47,398 bases of DNA. Origin: a virus (Duplodnaviria; Caudoviricetes). The position numbers and the translations under genes were made by a program. The DNA is taken from IMG/VR virus record IMGVR_UViG_3300024286_000006, positions 1 to 47,398 of that record. One strand, given 5' to 3'. This document shows positions 36,661 through 45,553 of the stretch, one piece after another (position 1 is the first letter of the stretch; each line of letters starts with the position of its first letter). The notes beneath the pieces were generated by a model, which saw nothing but the letters and a program-made list of their open reading frames with translations, did no database searches and was not told the DNA's origin.

Positions 36661-37260
36661 ATGCGATTCGCCGCGAAGATAGGGGTGCTCGAGTGCATCC
36701 TCTGTGAGAAGCACTTTAACACACAGGATGTAACGGAGTTAAAGTTTTTTCCATCAACGGGTATCTGCTTCGATTGCTACAAAGCAGGCGTTGATGCCCC
36801 GTACCAGAAATGGTGCTTCGGGAAAACTAACATCTACGGACCAGGTGGTCGCATTCTGAATCACGGCTATGACCCAGATGTGCGAGAATGTAAAAAGGAA
36901 TGTCCAGACAGAAAACTCTGCCCGTTGTTTGTTACAGGGCAGATCAATGATTGGAAGGCGGGAGAGATGGTTCGATTTCGAGACGTTCCAGTGGGTGAAG
37001 TTGAACGGAAGAAAAAGCAGAAACAGTACACGGGCCCGAAGTTGCCGTTTCGGCAAACAGGTGCAATGACCACGCAAGCGTTTCTGATGTGCATGAAAGG
37101 CGTGATGGTGGATGATCTGGTAAAGTGGGTGAAGTTGCAAGGCGGTAGTTCTCAACGCGTGCTTCGAATCATGCGTGGTGGAGTGTTCAACGGCAAGCGT
37201 TGGAAAGTGAATGAGGCTAACGGTTATCTGAAAATTTTCTATGAGGGTCAAGATGCATGA
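36661..37260 (+). CDS. Cys-rich hypothetical protein
   Basis: CILC, CFDC, CFG, CKKECPD..LC; preceded by CTATACAAT; no SD. Confidence 0.6.
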   Translation: MRFAAKIGVLECILCEKHFNTQDVTELKFFPSTGICFDCYKAGVDAPYQKWCFGKTNIYGPGGRILNHGYDPDVRECKKECPDRKLCPLFVTGQINDWKAGEMVRFRDVPVGEVERKKKQKQYTGPKLPFRQTGAMTTQAFLMCMKGVMVDDLVKWVKLQGGSSQRVLRIMRGGVFNGKRWKVNEANGYLKIFYEGQDA

Positions 37261-37454
37261 CGCTTGTCGAATATCTGAAACTTCGCAGGCAGGTTGAGCA
37301 AGCCGACCCCCAACTGATCGAGCAGGCGCAAGCTTTAGCGAAGACCATTACAGGTGTGACAACAGATCAAAAGTGGGAAGCACTGATTGAGAAAGCAGAA
37401 CATGACGAACGAAAACGAATCGAAAGTGAATCGGAAAGTGGGACTCAAGCGTGA
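37257..37454 (+). CDS. Hypothetical small helical protein
   Basis: ATGA coupling; GAGG RBS. Confidence 0.5.
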   Translation: MTLVEYLKLRRQVEQADPQLIEQAQALAKTITGVTTDQKWEALIEKAEHDERKRIESESESGTQA

Positions 37455-38442
37455 GGAGTTCCCCATTTTCTATTTATCTGGACGCTTCGGAACCGATGAC
37501 AAGATCGAAGCAGAGTGGGTACGAAGAACTGGGTGCAAATATCGTTGCTACAGTTACGTATATGTTGCCCCTGGGGCCTTCTATCACAGGCCAAGGATGG
37601 AGAGTGCCTACCGGGCATCAGTAGAGCATAAGTGTAGAATCGCGATGGACTCGGGAGCGTTCTCGTTCCATAAATTTGTTTCTGGTGGTGTAGGTGCGAC
37701 TTCTGGGCGCATGATGGCGAAAGCGAACGCTATGCGCAAACTAGAAAATGTCGAAGCCTTCCGCCAGAAGACCATTGAAGATTATGTGGAGTTCATCAAG
37801 CAAGAGCGAAAGAACTGGGACTTCTATTTCACATTCGATTACGTCAAGCATGCCCCAACTGTCTATAAGATTACCAACGAGTTGATGAAACAAGGCGTGA
37901 TGCCTACTCCTGTGTTTCACGGAGATGAGGGGCTTGACTGGCTCAAGCGGTATATCGATGATGGTCACAAGCTGATCGGTATCGGTTCTGCGGACAAAGC
38001 AAGACGGACGTGGAAAGAGAAACGATACTATTTCGATCAGGTCTTTAACATGACCGAGAAGCACGGCGTTATTTGTCATGGGCTGGCGATCACCAGCCTT
38101 TCGCTGACATTCAGCTATCCCTGGTACAGTGTCGATTCAAGCACCTGGGCGCGAATCTCCGGCTTTGGGCACATCATCATGGTCGATCCCTTTACTCGGA
38201 CAGCCGGACAGGTGCATGTTAGCACGCGAGAGAGTAAAGGGAATCTGAAGTCGTTCAACCGCATGCCAAAACATGTGCAGAAAGAAATCCGCCGTCAGGT
38301 CGAGTCACATGGATTCGATTTCGACAAGGTGCGACGAAGTCTCGATGAGCGGTCAACATACAACGGGTGGATGTTCGCGAACTTAGCGAAACTCGACCTG
38401 AGAAAAGGCGAAGACAAAATCGAATGGGAAAGACTCCTCTAA
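37402..38442 (+). CDS. dpdA: DpdA-like DNA 7-deazaguanine transglycosylase (TGT fold)
   Basis: MDSGAFS, FTFD, PVFHG, IGIG, HGLAIT, YPWYSVDSSTW motifs of TGT/DpdA-like proteins; adjacent to folE and queD. Confidence 0.8.
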   Translation: MTNENESKVNRKVGLKREEFPIFYLSGRFGTDDKIEAEWVRRTGCKYRCYSYVYVAPGAFYHRPRMESAYRASVEHKCRIAMDSGAFSFHKFVSGGVGATSGRMMAKANAMRKLENVEAFRQKTIEDYVEFIKQERKNWDFYFTFDYVKHAPTVYKITNELMKQGVMPTPVFHGDEGLDWLKRYIDDGHKLIGIGSADKARRTWKEKRYYFDQVFNMTEKHGVICHGLAITSLSLTFSYPWYSVDSSTWARISGFGHIIMVDPFTRTAGQVHVSTRESKGNLKSFNRMPKHVQKEIRRQVESHGFDFDKVRRSLDERSTYNGWMFANLAKLDLRKGEDKIEWERLL

Positions 38443-39023
38443 CTCCTAATTGGGAAACCACGCTCGAAGCTGCGATTGGGCAGATGTTGACAACACCCGG
38501 ATTTGCAGCAGTGATCTCTGAAGATCATATCAACGAGACACCTGAGCGTGTGGTTAACGCGTTCAAAGAGTACTTCTCTGGCGTGTATGATGACCCAGCC
38601 GCAGTGCTGAAAAAAGGATTTGAAACAGGTGCCTATGATGAAATGGTGTTTGTCAAAAATATTACATTTGTTAGTTTTTGTGCTCACCACTTGACACCAA
38701 TCATCGGGAAAGTTCATTTTGCATACCTGCCGCGTATCAAAATTGTAGGCTTGTCAAAGATTCCACGCATGATTGAAATACTTGCACGTCGCCCACAGGT
38801 TCAGGAAAAGCTAACACGGGAAATCGTAGATGTATTCAATAATGTTGTTGAGCCGAGCGGATGCGGTGCTGTTGTAGAGGCGTTGCATTTGTGCATGACA
38901 ATTAGAGGTGTAAAGAAAGATCAAGCTGTAACTAGAACAACGGCGTTGGCAGGTGCATTCAAGAGAAACGAAGTGAAGTCTGAATTTCTGGATGGTGTTC
39001 GAGGAGAGAAGGGGTGGCTATGA
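38424..39023 (+). CDS. folE: GTP cyclohydrolase I
   Basis: ETPERV, FCAHHL, GLSKIPR, RRPQVQE, HLCMTIRG. Confidence 0.95.
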   Translation: MGKTPLTPNWETTLEAAIGQMLTTPGFAAVISEDHINETPERVVNAFKEYFSGVYDDPAAVLKKGFETGAYDEMVFVKNITFVSFCAHHLTPIIGKVHFAYLPRIKIVGLSKIPRMIEILARRPQVQEKLTREIVDVFNNVVEPSGCGAVVEALHLCMTIRGVKKDQAVTRTTALAGAFKRNEVKSEFLDGVRGEKGWL

Positions 39024-39376
39024 CAATTGTGATTTGTGTGTATGCAAGAACGCGGTTTGTTGCGTTTCATCAGTGGAAGGATGCACCAGAAGACGCAAAG
39101 TACCTGCGGTCGTCACATCGGCATGAATTTCATGTTGAAGCGGCCGTACTTGTAACTAAGAGTGATCGAGAAGTTGAGTTCCATCACTTGAAGCGTGATC
39201 TTGATTTGGCAATCAAGGAAGAGTACCGATCAAACAGCGTTGACAAACCAATCGAAGCATCGTGCGAACAAATTGCGATGACCATTGCCACGATGCTGCG
39301 AGAAAATGACTACGATGTGAAATATGTAGATGTGTCAGAAGACGGTGAGTGTGGAGGGCGTGTTGAGTACAACTGA
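39020..39376 (+). CDS. queD: QueD-like 6-carboxytetrahydropterin synthase (T-fold)
   Basis: FHQW...HRHEFHV His cluster, DREVEF, SCEQIA, VSEDGE; ATGA-coupled to folE. Confidence 0.75.
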   Translation: MTIVICVYARTRFVAFHQWKDAPEDAKYLRSSHRHEFHVEAAVLVTKSDREVEFHHLKRDLDLAIKEEYRSNSVDKPIEASCEQIAMTIATMLRENDYDVKYVDVSEDGECGGRVEYN

Positions 39377-40490
39377 ATGGACAGTAGACCCGGAAAAGTT
39401 GATTGACGTTTTTGGTGTTCTCGATCTGGTACCGGCCAGACCTGGCATCCCGACCTCGGTCTTCATTCAGTTGTCGGAGAAAAAAGGTCGTGCTGATTTG
39501 ATGCTGTCGTCGGACGTTACGGGTGTAGTCAGTATTAAAGGGGAAGGGTCGATTGGCGCAAGTAAACCCGTCTACCTTGATCGCCGCTTGCTCTTCCCGT
39601 TCATCCTCACAGCGCAGAACTACCGATCCGATCGTCCGTTTGTATTCTCGAAAGTCGGCAAGCAAATCAAGGTGACGCAAGGACGGCGGAAAGCAACATT
39701 CGATCTCTTGCCCAGTAACGCTGGGTATGGAATCCCAAATGATGGAAAAGGATCAGTACTACCGATGGAGAAAAAAGTTTCTTCATTGGTTACCATTGCC
39801 TGCGCCTGCGCGACGTCAGACCCAACTGTTCCAGAACTGAACTGTGTGTACATCAAGCGGACGAAAAAAGGGATTGCACTGTATGCGTCGAATCAGTTGG
39901 TCGTGTTTCGAGCACATCATACGGTAAAGGGAACATTCCCAAAGACTTTGCCGTTCCCGCTGTTTCTCGTGCCAGTGCTCGCGAACGATCGAATCAAAGA
40001 GGTGCGGTTGCAAGAAAAAGACGTAACGTTGGGATTTGATTGCGGGAGAATATGGCAAGGGGTGTCGGCAAAGGCGTTGAAAGGGTTCCCGCTCGAAACG
40101 ATGGATGGTTTGATTGATGATGGCAGGAAATGGACTGAGCAGTTTCGATTGTTGACGCATAAGCTTGGCGCTGTTACGGCTCGCTTCTCTGAATACCTAA
40201 CTTCGATCAGACGGCAAGATTGGTTGTTGACGGTTGCCGCAGCAAAGGGGGATAAACAAGTTCTGCTAGAGGTGAAGATTCCCCAAGGCATCTTCAGAGA
40301 GTACGTGTCGATTGCAGAGCCTGCGAAAGAAGACATTCAAATTGGGTGGCCGCTGGAAATCCTGTTGCCAATCTTCGACTATCTTGCGAAGAACAAAGAA
40401 GCAGTGTTGTCTGTTCGCTTCGACAAGAAGACTCCTTACTATATTTCGGCTGGTGGTGTGTCAGTGGTCGTAACAAAGAAAAAGAAGTGA
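39363..40490 (+). CDS. DNA polymerase III beta-clamp-like sliding clamp
   Basis: ~375 aa; N-terminus VDPEKLIDVFGVLDLVPARPGIP, mid ATSDPTVPELNCVYI...ASNQ, GFP, and C-terminal strand pattern follow DnaN architecture; GGAGG + TTG start. Confidence 0.6.
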   Translation: MSTTEWTVDPEKLIDVFGVLDLVPARPGIPTSVFIQLSEKKGRADLMLSSDVTGVVSIKGEGSIGASKPVYLDRRLLFPFILTAQNYRSDRPFVFSKVGKQIKVTQGRRKATFDLLPSNAGYGIPNDGKGSVLPMEKKVSSLVTIACACATSDPTVPELNCVYIKRTKKGIALYASNQLVVFRAHHTVKGTFPKTLPFPLFLVPVLANDRIKEVRLQEKDVTLGFDCGRIWQGVSAKALKGFPLETMDGLIDDGRKWTEQFRLLTHKLGAVTARFSEYLTSIRRQDWLLTVAAAKGDKQVLLEVKIPQGIFREYVSIAEPAKEDIQIGWPLEILLPIFDYLAKNKEAVLSVRFDKKTPYYISAGGVSVVVTKKKK

Positions 40491-40544
40491 GAGGAGGATG
40501 TCCCTAGGGCCAAGTAAAATCTAAAAAGAAAAGGAACATTGACG

Positions 40545-40877
40545 ATGAAACGAATACTATATCGGGTGGTTCTAATCCTGTTGATGGTTGCCGGGGTGCA
40601 TTTGGCTGGCAAGATCACCAAAGCTATCGCATGCGCAAGTTGCAACCAGAGGGTGGTGCGTTCTTGTGCATCGGGCCTTTGTGCATGGACAAACAGGCTC
40701 GGCTGTTTCAACCCCAAGCCTATTTGTTACGAAACTCAATGCGTAATTAACAACTTTCCCTATACGACGCAGACAGCTTCCATTTGTGCGGCGAACACTC
40801 CTAATTTGTGTTTCGCTACTGGTGGGGTCCCTGGGCTGGATTTGCAGTGCTTAGGTCCTAAGCCTATAGGCTGCTAA
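40545..40877 (+). CDS. Secreted Cys-rich small protein
   Basis: MKRILYRVVLILLMVAGVHLAG signal-like segment; 11 Cys in the mature part. Confidence 0.6.
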   Translation: MKRILYRVVLILLMVAGVHLAGKITKAIACASCNQRVVRSCASGLCAWTNRLGCFNPKPICYETQCVINNFPYTTQTASICAANTPNLCFATGGVPGLDLQCLGPKPIGC

Positions 40878-40889
40878 AGGAGAAAAACC

Positions 40890-41618
40890 ATGACCAAAAT
40901 CACTAAAGCCATACTCATAGCGGGCTCTTTAGGAATGCTTATCAGCATCGGAGTTGCTCTGCGAAGTGTGCGGGCGCAGATAACTGAAACACTTCCATTT
41001 ACGGCGGATGTAACCATTACGTCTGTTGCAGGTGCCGGACATGGATCATTCATTCCCAGCATGCCCAACAACACCTTGCCGGTATCGGACGTACGTCATT
41101 TCGCGTACAACTCTTTGGGCGACATGGCGACTTCCTACAACATGCCAGGTAGCGGCAAGCCGGTGAGGACGATTTCTTATCACGATGGCCGCTGGGTGCT
41201 CATTGATATGCAATCGAAAGTCACGGTCCACCTGCAAACCAAGCATCGAGACAACACTTTCCAAAATCCTCCGACGCTCGGGCCGATGTGCACAGGCGGG
41301 ACGCCGGATGGACAAGTCAGCGGTTACGATGTGCTCTACACCGAATACCCAACGTTAGTGTCAGGTAGCACAGAGCGAATCACTAACAAGCTGTGGACGG
41401 CCCCTAAGCTGGGCTGCTTCACGTTAAAGACAGAGCAGATCGACCTACACGAGGGGCAGTTGATGTACGACATTACTACCCTCGTTCACAACATCAAGGT
41501 TGGCGAGCCAGACGGGGCTTACTTTGAAACTGAATCTAGTGCCAACTACACCGAAGTTACTCACGAGCACTGGGTAGAACTTACCGCCGAAATATACGCA
41601 GCAATCACAGGTCAGTAA
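40890..41618 (+). CDS. Exported beta-rich protein
   Basis: AAGGAG RBS; signal peptide ending VRA|Q; LWTAPKLGC...GEPDGAYF resembles LolA-like/DUF4412-type periplasmic proteins. Confidence 0.6.
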   Translation: MTKITKAILIAGSLGMLISIGVALRSVRAQITETLPFTADVTITSVAGAGHGSFIPSMPNNTLPVSDVRHFAYNSLGDMATSYNMPGSGKPVRTISYHDGRWVLIDMQSKVTVHLQTKHRDNTFQNPPTLGPMCTGGTPDGQVSGYDVLYTEYPTLVSGSTERITNKLWTAPKLGCFTLKTEQIDLHEGQLMYDITTLVHNIKVGEPDGAYFETESSANYTEVTHEHWVELTAEIYAAITGQ

Positions 41619-41678
41619 AACGGAGACAACCAGGTCTGGGCGGTGTCGCAGCATCGCCCTTTTCCCAAGGAGAAAGCC

Positions 41679-41897
41679 ATGACCCCAACCGACAAGCTAA
41701 TGATAAGCATTAGCTCCTGCTTTTCGTGCTCTGAAAAATACAGTCCTTGTGGTCATCACCAGAAATTGCTGGATGAACAGAAATGTGTCTCCGTCCGATG
41801 GGACGGCAACTCTTGGCATACCTGCAACCGTCGAGACAATCATCAAGTTCATTCTGATGGTTCTAGTAAATGGGATGAATTTGGAGAGCGGCCATGA
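41679..41897 (+). CDS. Small Cys/His-rich hypothetical protein
   Basis: AAGGAG RBS; MTPTDK...CFSC...CGHH...C...HTC...H..H. Confidence 0.55.
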   Translation: MTPTDKLMISISSCFSCSEKYSPCGHHQKLLDEQKCVSVRWDGNSWHTCNRRDNHQVHSDGSSKWDEFGERP

Positions 41898-42250
41898 CCC
41901 CAACCAACAAGCCATCGCAAGGGACGCCCACACTGCGTGACCGTTTCGCCAAGGCTTTCCATGACAATGGACTATGCGAATTCGATTACGGAACTTGGCA
42001 GCAGCTTAAAGAGTCTGGTCGCGAATGCGAATGCTACGAGATGGCCGATATGGCGGTGAAAGTGGCCGCGCAGCAACCCACGGCCAGCGAGCCGCCCGCC
42101 CGTGAAGAGAAACTGTTGCAGGAGATGGGTGGGCTTAGGGAAGCAGCGGAATGGATGAAGGCACAAAGTCAGCGCACGGATATTGGCCCATCAAGGCGAG
42201 AAGCGTTTGAGTTGTCGTGGCGCAAGCTGGAGGCCGCACTAAATGAGTGA
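41894..42250 (+). CDS. Hypothetical protein
   Basis: GGAG RBS; ATGA coupling; start region duplicated with 41679. Confidence 0.6.
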   Translation: MTPTNKPSQGTPTLRDRFAKAFHDNGLCEFDYGTWQQLKESGRECECYEMADMAVKVAAQQPTASEPPAREEKLLQEMGGLREAAEWMKAQSQRTDIGPSRREAFELSWRKLEAALNE

Positions 42251-42503
42251 CGAGTTGAAAAAATACACTCTTATTTCTGTGCTTGCTTGGTTTGTTCTGT
42301 TCGTTGTTGTCGCTGTTGCGGGATACACCAAGTGGCAGCAATACCATCTGAAAAAGATTACGCCGATACCGAAGAAAGTTCCTATTCAAGATCGCGACGG
42401 GAACACAGTCGGCTACAGCTATGATTGTGGTCCGGGATGGGTAGCTGTTCCAACGTATGAGGTGTACTGCGTTCTTGACCCCAACGCTAAGGGAAACAAT
42501 TGA
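42243..42503 (+). CDS. Small membrane-anchored protein
   Basis: Single TM segment; C-terminal YDCGPGW...YC. Confidence 0.55.
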   Translation: MSDELKKYTLISVLAWFVLFVVVAVAGYTKWQQYHLKKITPIPKKVPIQDRDGNTVGYSYDCGPGWVAVPTYEVYCVLDPNAKGNN

Positions 42504-45235
42504 GTCCTCAGTATACTAATCTGCTCTGGCCTGAAGCCGCACCGATCACCCCAGGAAAAAAACCAGCACCTGCAATGCATCGTCGTGGATGTGCGTTTTG
42601 TCCACGCAATGGTGCTGATGGCATTCGCAAGATCAAAGGGCATGTGAGGGGCAAGAAGTTGTTCACCTGGGCGCAGTCTCCTGGGCCGACTGAAAATGAA
42701 GTCGGGAAGGAACTGGTCGGTAAAGCGGGCAAATGGTTTTGGAAAGAAATGGAAGCGGTTGGGCTCACACGAGACGACTGTGACATTCAGAACATGGTTC
42801 GATGCTATCCAGCCGATGAGGTTCATGGTCGGTTGGTCATGCGCGACCCAACGAAAGAAGAAATCTTCTGTTGCTCACTGTACACAGATCAGGCAATTGT
42901 CAAAAGTCGCGCAAAGGTACACATTGTTCTAGGACAGATTGCAGCAAAGCAGCTGTTTGGGAAAAGTTTCAAGCGGGACAGTATGGTGTTCTGGTCAGAT
43001 AAGTTGAATGGTCGAGTGGTGGTTCTCGATCATCCATCCTACCTGATGCGGGCCTATGTACCAGAGCATCGGCGCAAGCAATTTCGGTACGGCTTGAAAG
43101 CAGTTGTGCGAATGCTGGCAGAGCCAGCTGGGCGGTTTGGTTTTCTCAGAGCAAAGAACTACGAAGGTGTTACAACTGTCAAACATGCCAGAGACATGAA
43201 ACGACAGATCCTGGCCGCAGCGGCTAAAGGCGAACGGATTGCCGCAGATATTGAAGAGGGTTGGGTCAATGGTGAATGGAAGGCACTGTGCTATGGTTTC
43301 GCATTCAAGAAAAACCATGCCTGGACGGTAGCACTCGATCATCCGCTGGTGGATGTTAAGCAGAGAGTCAGACGAAAACTGAAGCGGATTGTTCGCTCGA
43401 TTCTTTCGAACCCGAATGTTAAAAAGGTTTGTCATCATGGTTCACACGATCAGCCTGAGAGTGAAAAACTTCTAGGCGGTCGATTCCGATCGTACGATTT
43501 TGACACGAACTATTCTGAATACTTCAAATGGCCTGGGCGTCGATCATACGCCTTAGCAGAGATTACCAAAGTCCGCTTCCCTGAGTTCTCCGGCTACAAA
43601 GAAGTCATAATGCCAGAGGCTGCACCAGAGGGGTGGACATATCAGAAGGCATCGAAAGCCGGTAAGCTTAATTTTGCCAAAATACCGTGGAAGAAACTCG
43701 TTCTCTATAATGGTGCTGACTGCGATCTCACTAAGCGCATCGAGAAATCCACTCAAGATGTAGCGTTGCCGCTCTTAAAGGTGTATCAAGACGCAGCCTT
43801 CACACTGGATTGGATGGAAAAGAATGGCCCGTACTTTGACTACAAGCAGTGTGAAGCGTTAGCTAAAATCTATCCGTTTCGAATCAAGAAAAAAGCGCAG
43901 CAGCTACAAGTTCTCGCCGGTGACCCCCACTTCAAGCCAGGCTCTCCTCAGGATGTTGCGCGCATTATCTATGATGTTCTCGATCTTGAACCTATCAATA
44001 AAGGAAATCGGAGTACAGCAAAGAACATTCTTGAGTTGCTGTCGACTCAGCATCCGCTGCCTAAGTTGCAGATCGAGTATCGGAAAGACGTAAAGCTTGA
44101 CTCAACCTATCGCAAGGGATTCAAGAAGTGTGCAGATGAACACAAAGGTAGACTGTTTACCAAGTGGTGGCTGACGGGCACAAAGACTGGGCGAATTTCA
44201 TCAGGTGGCAGCAAAGACGGTGAAGAGATAACCACAGTTAATCTCCAGAACATACACGGCGACCCGCAAGTGCAGAACATGCTGGTCTCTGATCGTCAGT
44301 GGCGTGACATCTACAACAAGTGGAAAGAGGATGGGGAGTACGATCCGAAATGGTATCGAGAGTTCTGGGATAGGCAGATTTATCTAGCGTTGGACTATTC
44401 ACAGAACGAACTGCGGTTCTTTGCGCAGTCGTCTGGTGATGAGGCTTTGATTGAACAGTTCAATCAGGATGAGGATATTCACTGTCTGGTTGGTAACGAG
44501 ATCACGGGTTGGTCGGTTGAGGTCATTGCCAAAGACAAGCAGAAACGAAAGCTGATTAAAAACTTCCATTTCGGTCTGCTCTATGGTTTGACAGAAGACG
44601 GCATGCTCAACTACCTCAAGGTGAATGGCATCAAGTCATCGAAGAGTGAAGTGCATGACATGATGACGCGTTACTTCAAGAAGTACAAGCGGGTGAAAGA
44701 GTTCATTCGGGCGAAGCATGAGGAGGCGCGTAGGTTTGGGTATGTGACAAATATTCTTGGCTTCAAGTGCCCGATTCATGTGCCTGAGGATGAAGATGAA
44801 AGAACCGGTGGCGCATTCTGGGCGAATCAGGCCGTGAACACGCCGATTCAGGGTGGTGCACATCAACTGTTGCTAATGGCGCTTGCATCGTTGAAGCGGA
44901 AACGAAAAACCTATGCACTGATTCGAACGCCGAATATGGAAATCCACGATTCAATCGTATGCAGTGTGGCTTTGCGTGATCTTCGCGAAGCAACCAAGCA
45001 AGCTGTTTATTTGCTAGAGCAAGAGGTGCTGAATGTTCTGCGCAACGACTTTGGGTTGAAGTGGAAGATTCCGTTGAAGGCTGAACCAAAGGTCGGATTC
45101 CGATTCGGCGTGACGGTTGACTATACACCAGAAAGCAAGATCGGGCCAACGCTGGTTGAATGGTGCAAGGCTAATAAGAAATCGAACATTGCTTTGCAGA
45201 AAGAGTTGCAAGCAGCAGAGAAATTGGCGGCATAA
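42500..45235 (+). CDS. polA: Family A DNA polymerase with N-terminal family-4 UDG-like domain and 3'-5' exonuclease
   Basis: UDG4-like: CAFC, QSPGPTE...LVGKAG, NMVRCYP, LGQIA, HPSYL. Exo: ADIE, HHGSHD, YNGADC. Pol: TKTGRISS, NLQNI, DYSQNELR, KNFHFGLLYG, NTPIQG, IHDS. Confidence 0.93.
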   Translation: MSPQYTNLLWPEAAPITPGKKPAPAMHRRGCAFCPRNGADGIRKIKGHVRGKKLFTWAQSPGPTENEVGKELVGKAGKWFWKEMEAVGLTRDDCDIQNMVRCYPADEVHGRLVMRDPTKEEIFCCSLYTDQAIVKSRAKVHIVLGQIAAKQLFGKSFKRDSMVFWSDKLNGRVVVLDHPSYLMRAYVPEHRRKQFRYGLKAVVRMLAEPAGRFGFLRAKNYEGVTTVKHARDMKRQILAAAAKGERIAADIEEGWVNGEWKALCYGFAFKKNHAWTVALDHPLVDVKQRVRRKLKRIVRSILSNPNVKKVCHHGSHDQPESEKLLGGRFRSYDFDTNYSEYFKWPGRRSYALAEITKVRFPEFSGYKEVIMPEAAPEGWTYQKASKAGKLNFAKIPWKKLVLYNGADCDLTKRIEKSTQDVALPLLKVYQDAAFTLDWMEKNGPYFDYKQCEALAKIYPFRIKKKAQQLQVLAGDPHFKPGSPQDVARIIYDVLDLEPINKGNRSTAKNILELLSTQHPLPKLQIEYRKDVKLDSTYRKGFKKCADEHKGRLFTKWWLTGTKTGRISSGGSKDGEEITTVNLQNIHGDPQVQNMLVSDRQWRDIYNKWKEDGEYDPKWYREFWDRQIYLALDYSQNELRFFAQSSGDEALIEQFNQDEDIHCLVGNEITGWSVEVIAKDKQKRKLIKNFHFGLLYGLTEDGMLNYLKVNGIKSSKSEVHDMMTRYFKKYKRVKEFIRAKHEEARRFGYVTNILGFKCPIHVPEDEDERTGGAFWANQAVNTPIQGGAHQLLLMALASLKRKRKTYALIRTPNMEIHDSIVCSVALRDLREATKQAVYLLEQEVLNVLRNDFGLKWKIPLKAEPKVGFRFGVTVDYTPESKIGPTLVEWCKANKKSNIALQKELQAAEKLAA

Positions 45236-45268
45236 GAATTTTAGGTGCACGACCTATAAAATGTATGT

Positions 45269-45553
45269 ATGCGACAAAGGTATGCGCAAGCAAGGCTTTC
45301 GTACCCGATGTGTGATTGTGCAGACTGCACCCCGAATTATCTCGGCTCGGTGCTCACCATCGACTACACCAAAATGAACTCGTGGGAAATTGTGTGTAAC
45401 GGTTGTAGTAAGGAAATGGGTCGCGTGCTATGTGTTTGGGCTGTAGGCAACGGTAGTGAAGGATTAGTGCCACTCAAGATGTTGGACATAGATGAGGGTC
45501 CATACGATGAATCGAATGGAAGAACTGCTCTCGCAGCCAGTCAATCTAGATGA
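45269..45553 (+). CDS. Small Cys-rich (zinc-binding) hypothetical protein
   Basis: CDCADC, CNGC; preceded by CTATAAAAT. Confidence 0.5.
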   Translation: MRQRYAQARLSYPMCDCADCTPNYLGSVLTIDYTKMNSWEIVCNGCSKEMGRVLCVWAVGNGSEGLVPLKMLDIDEGPYDESNGRTALAASQSR

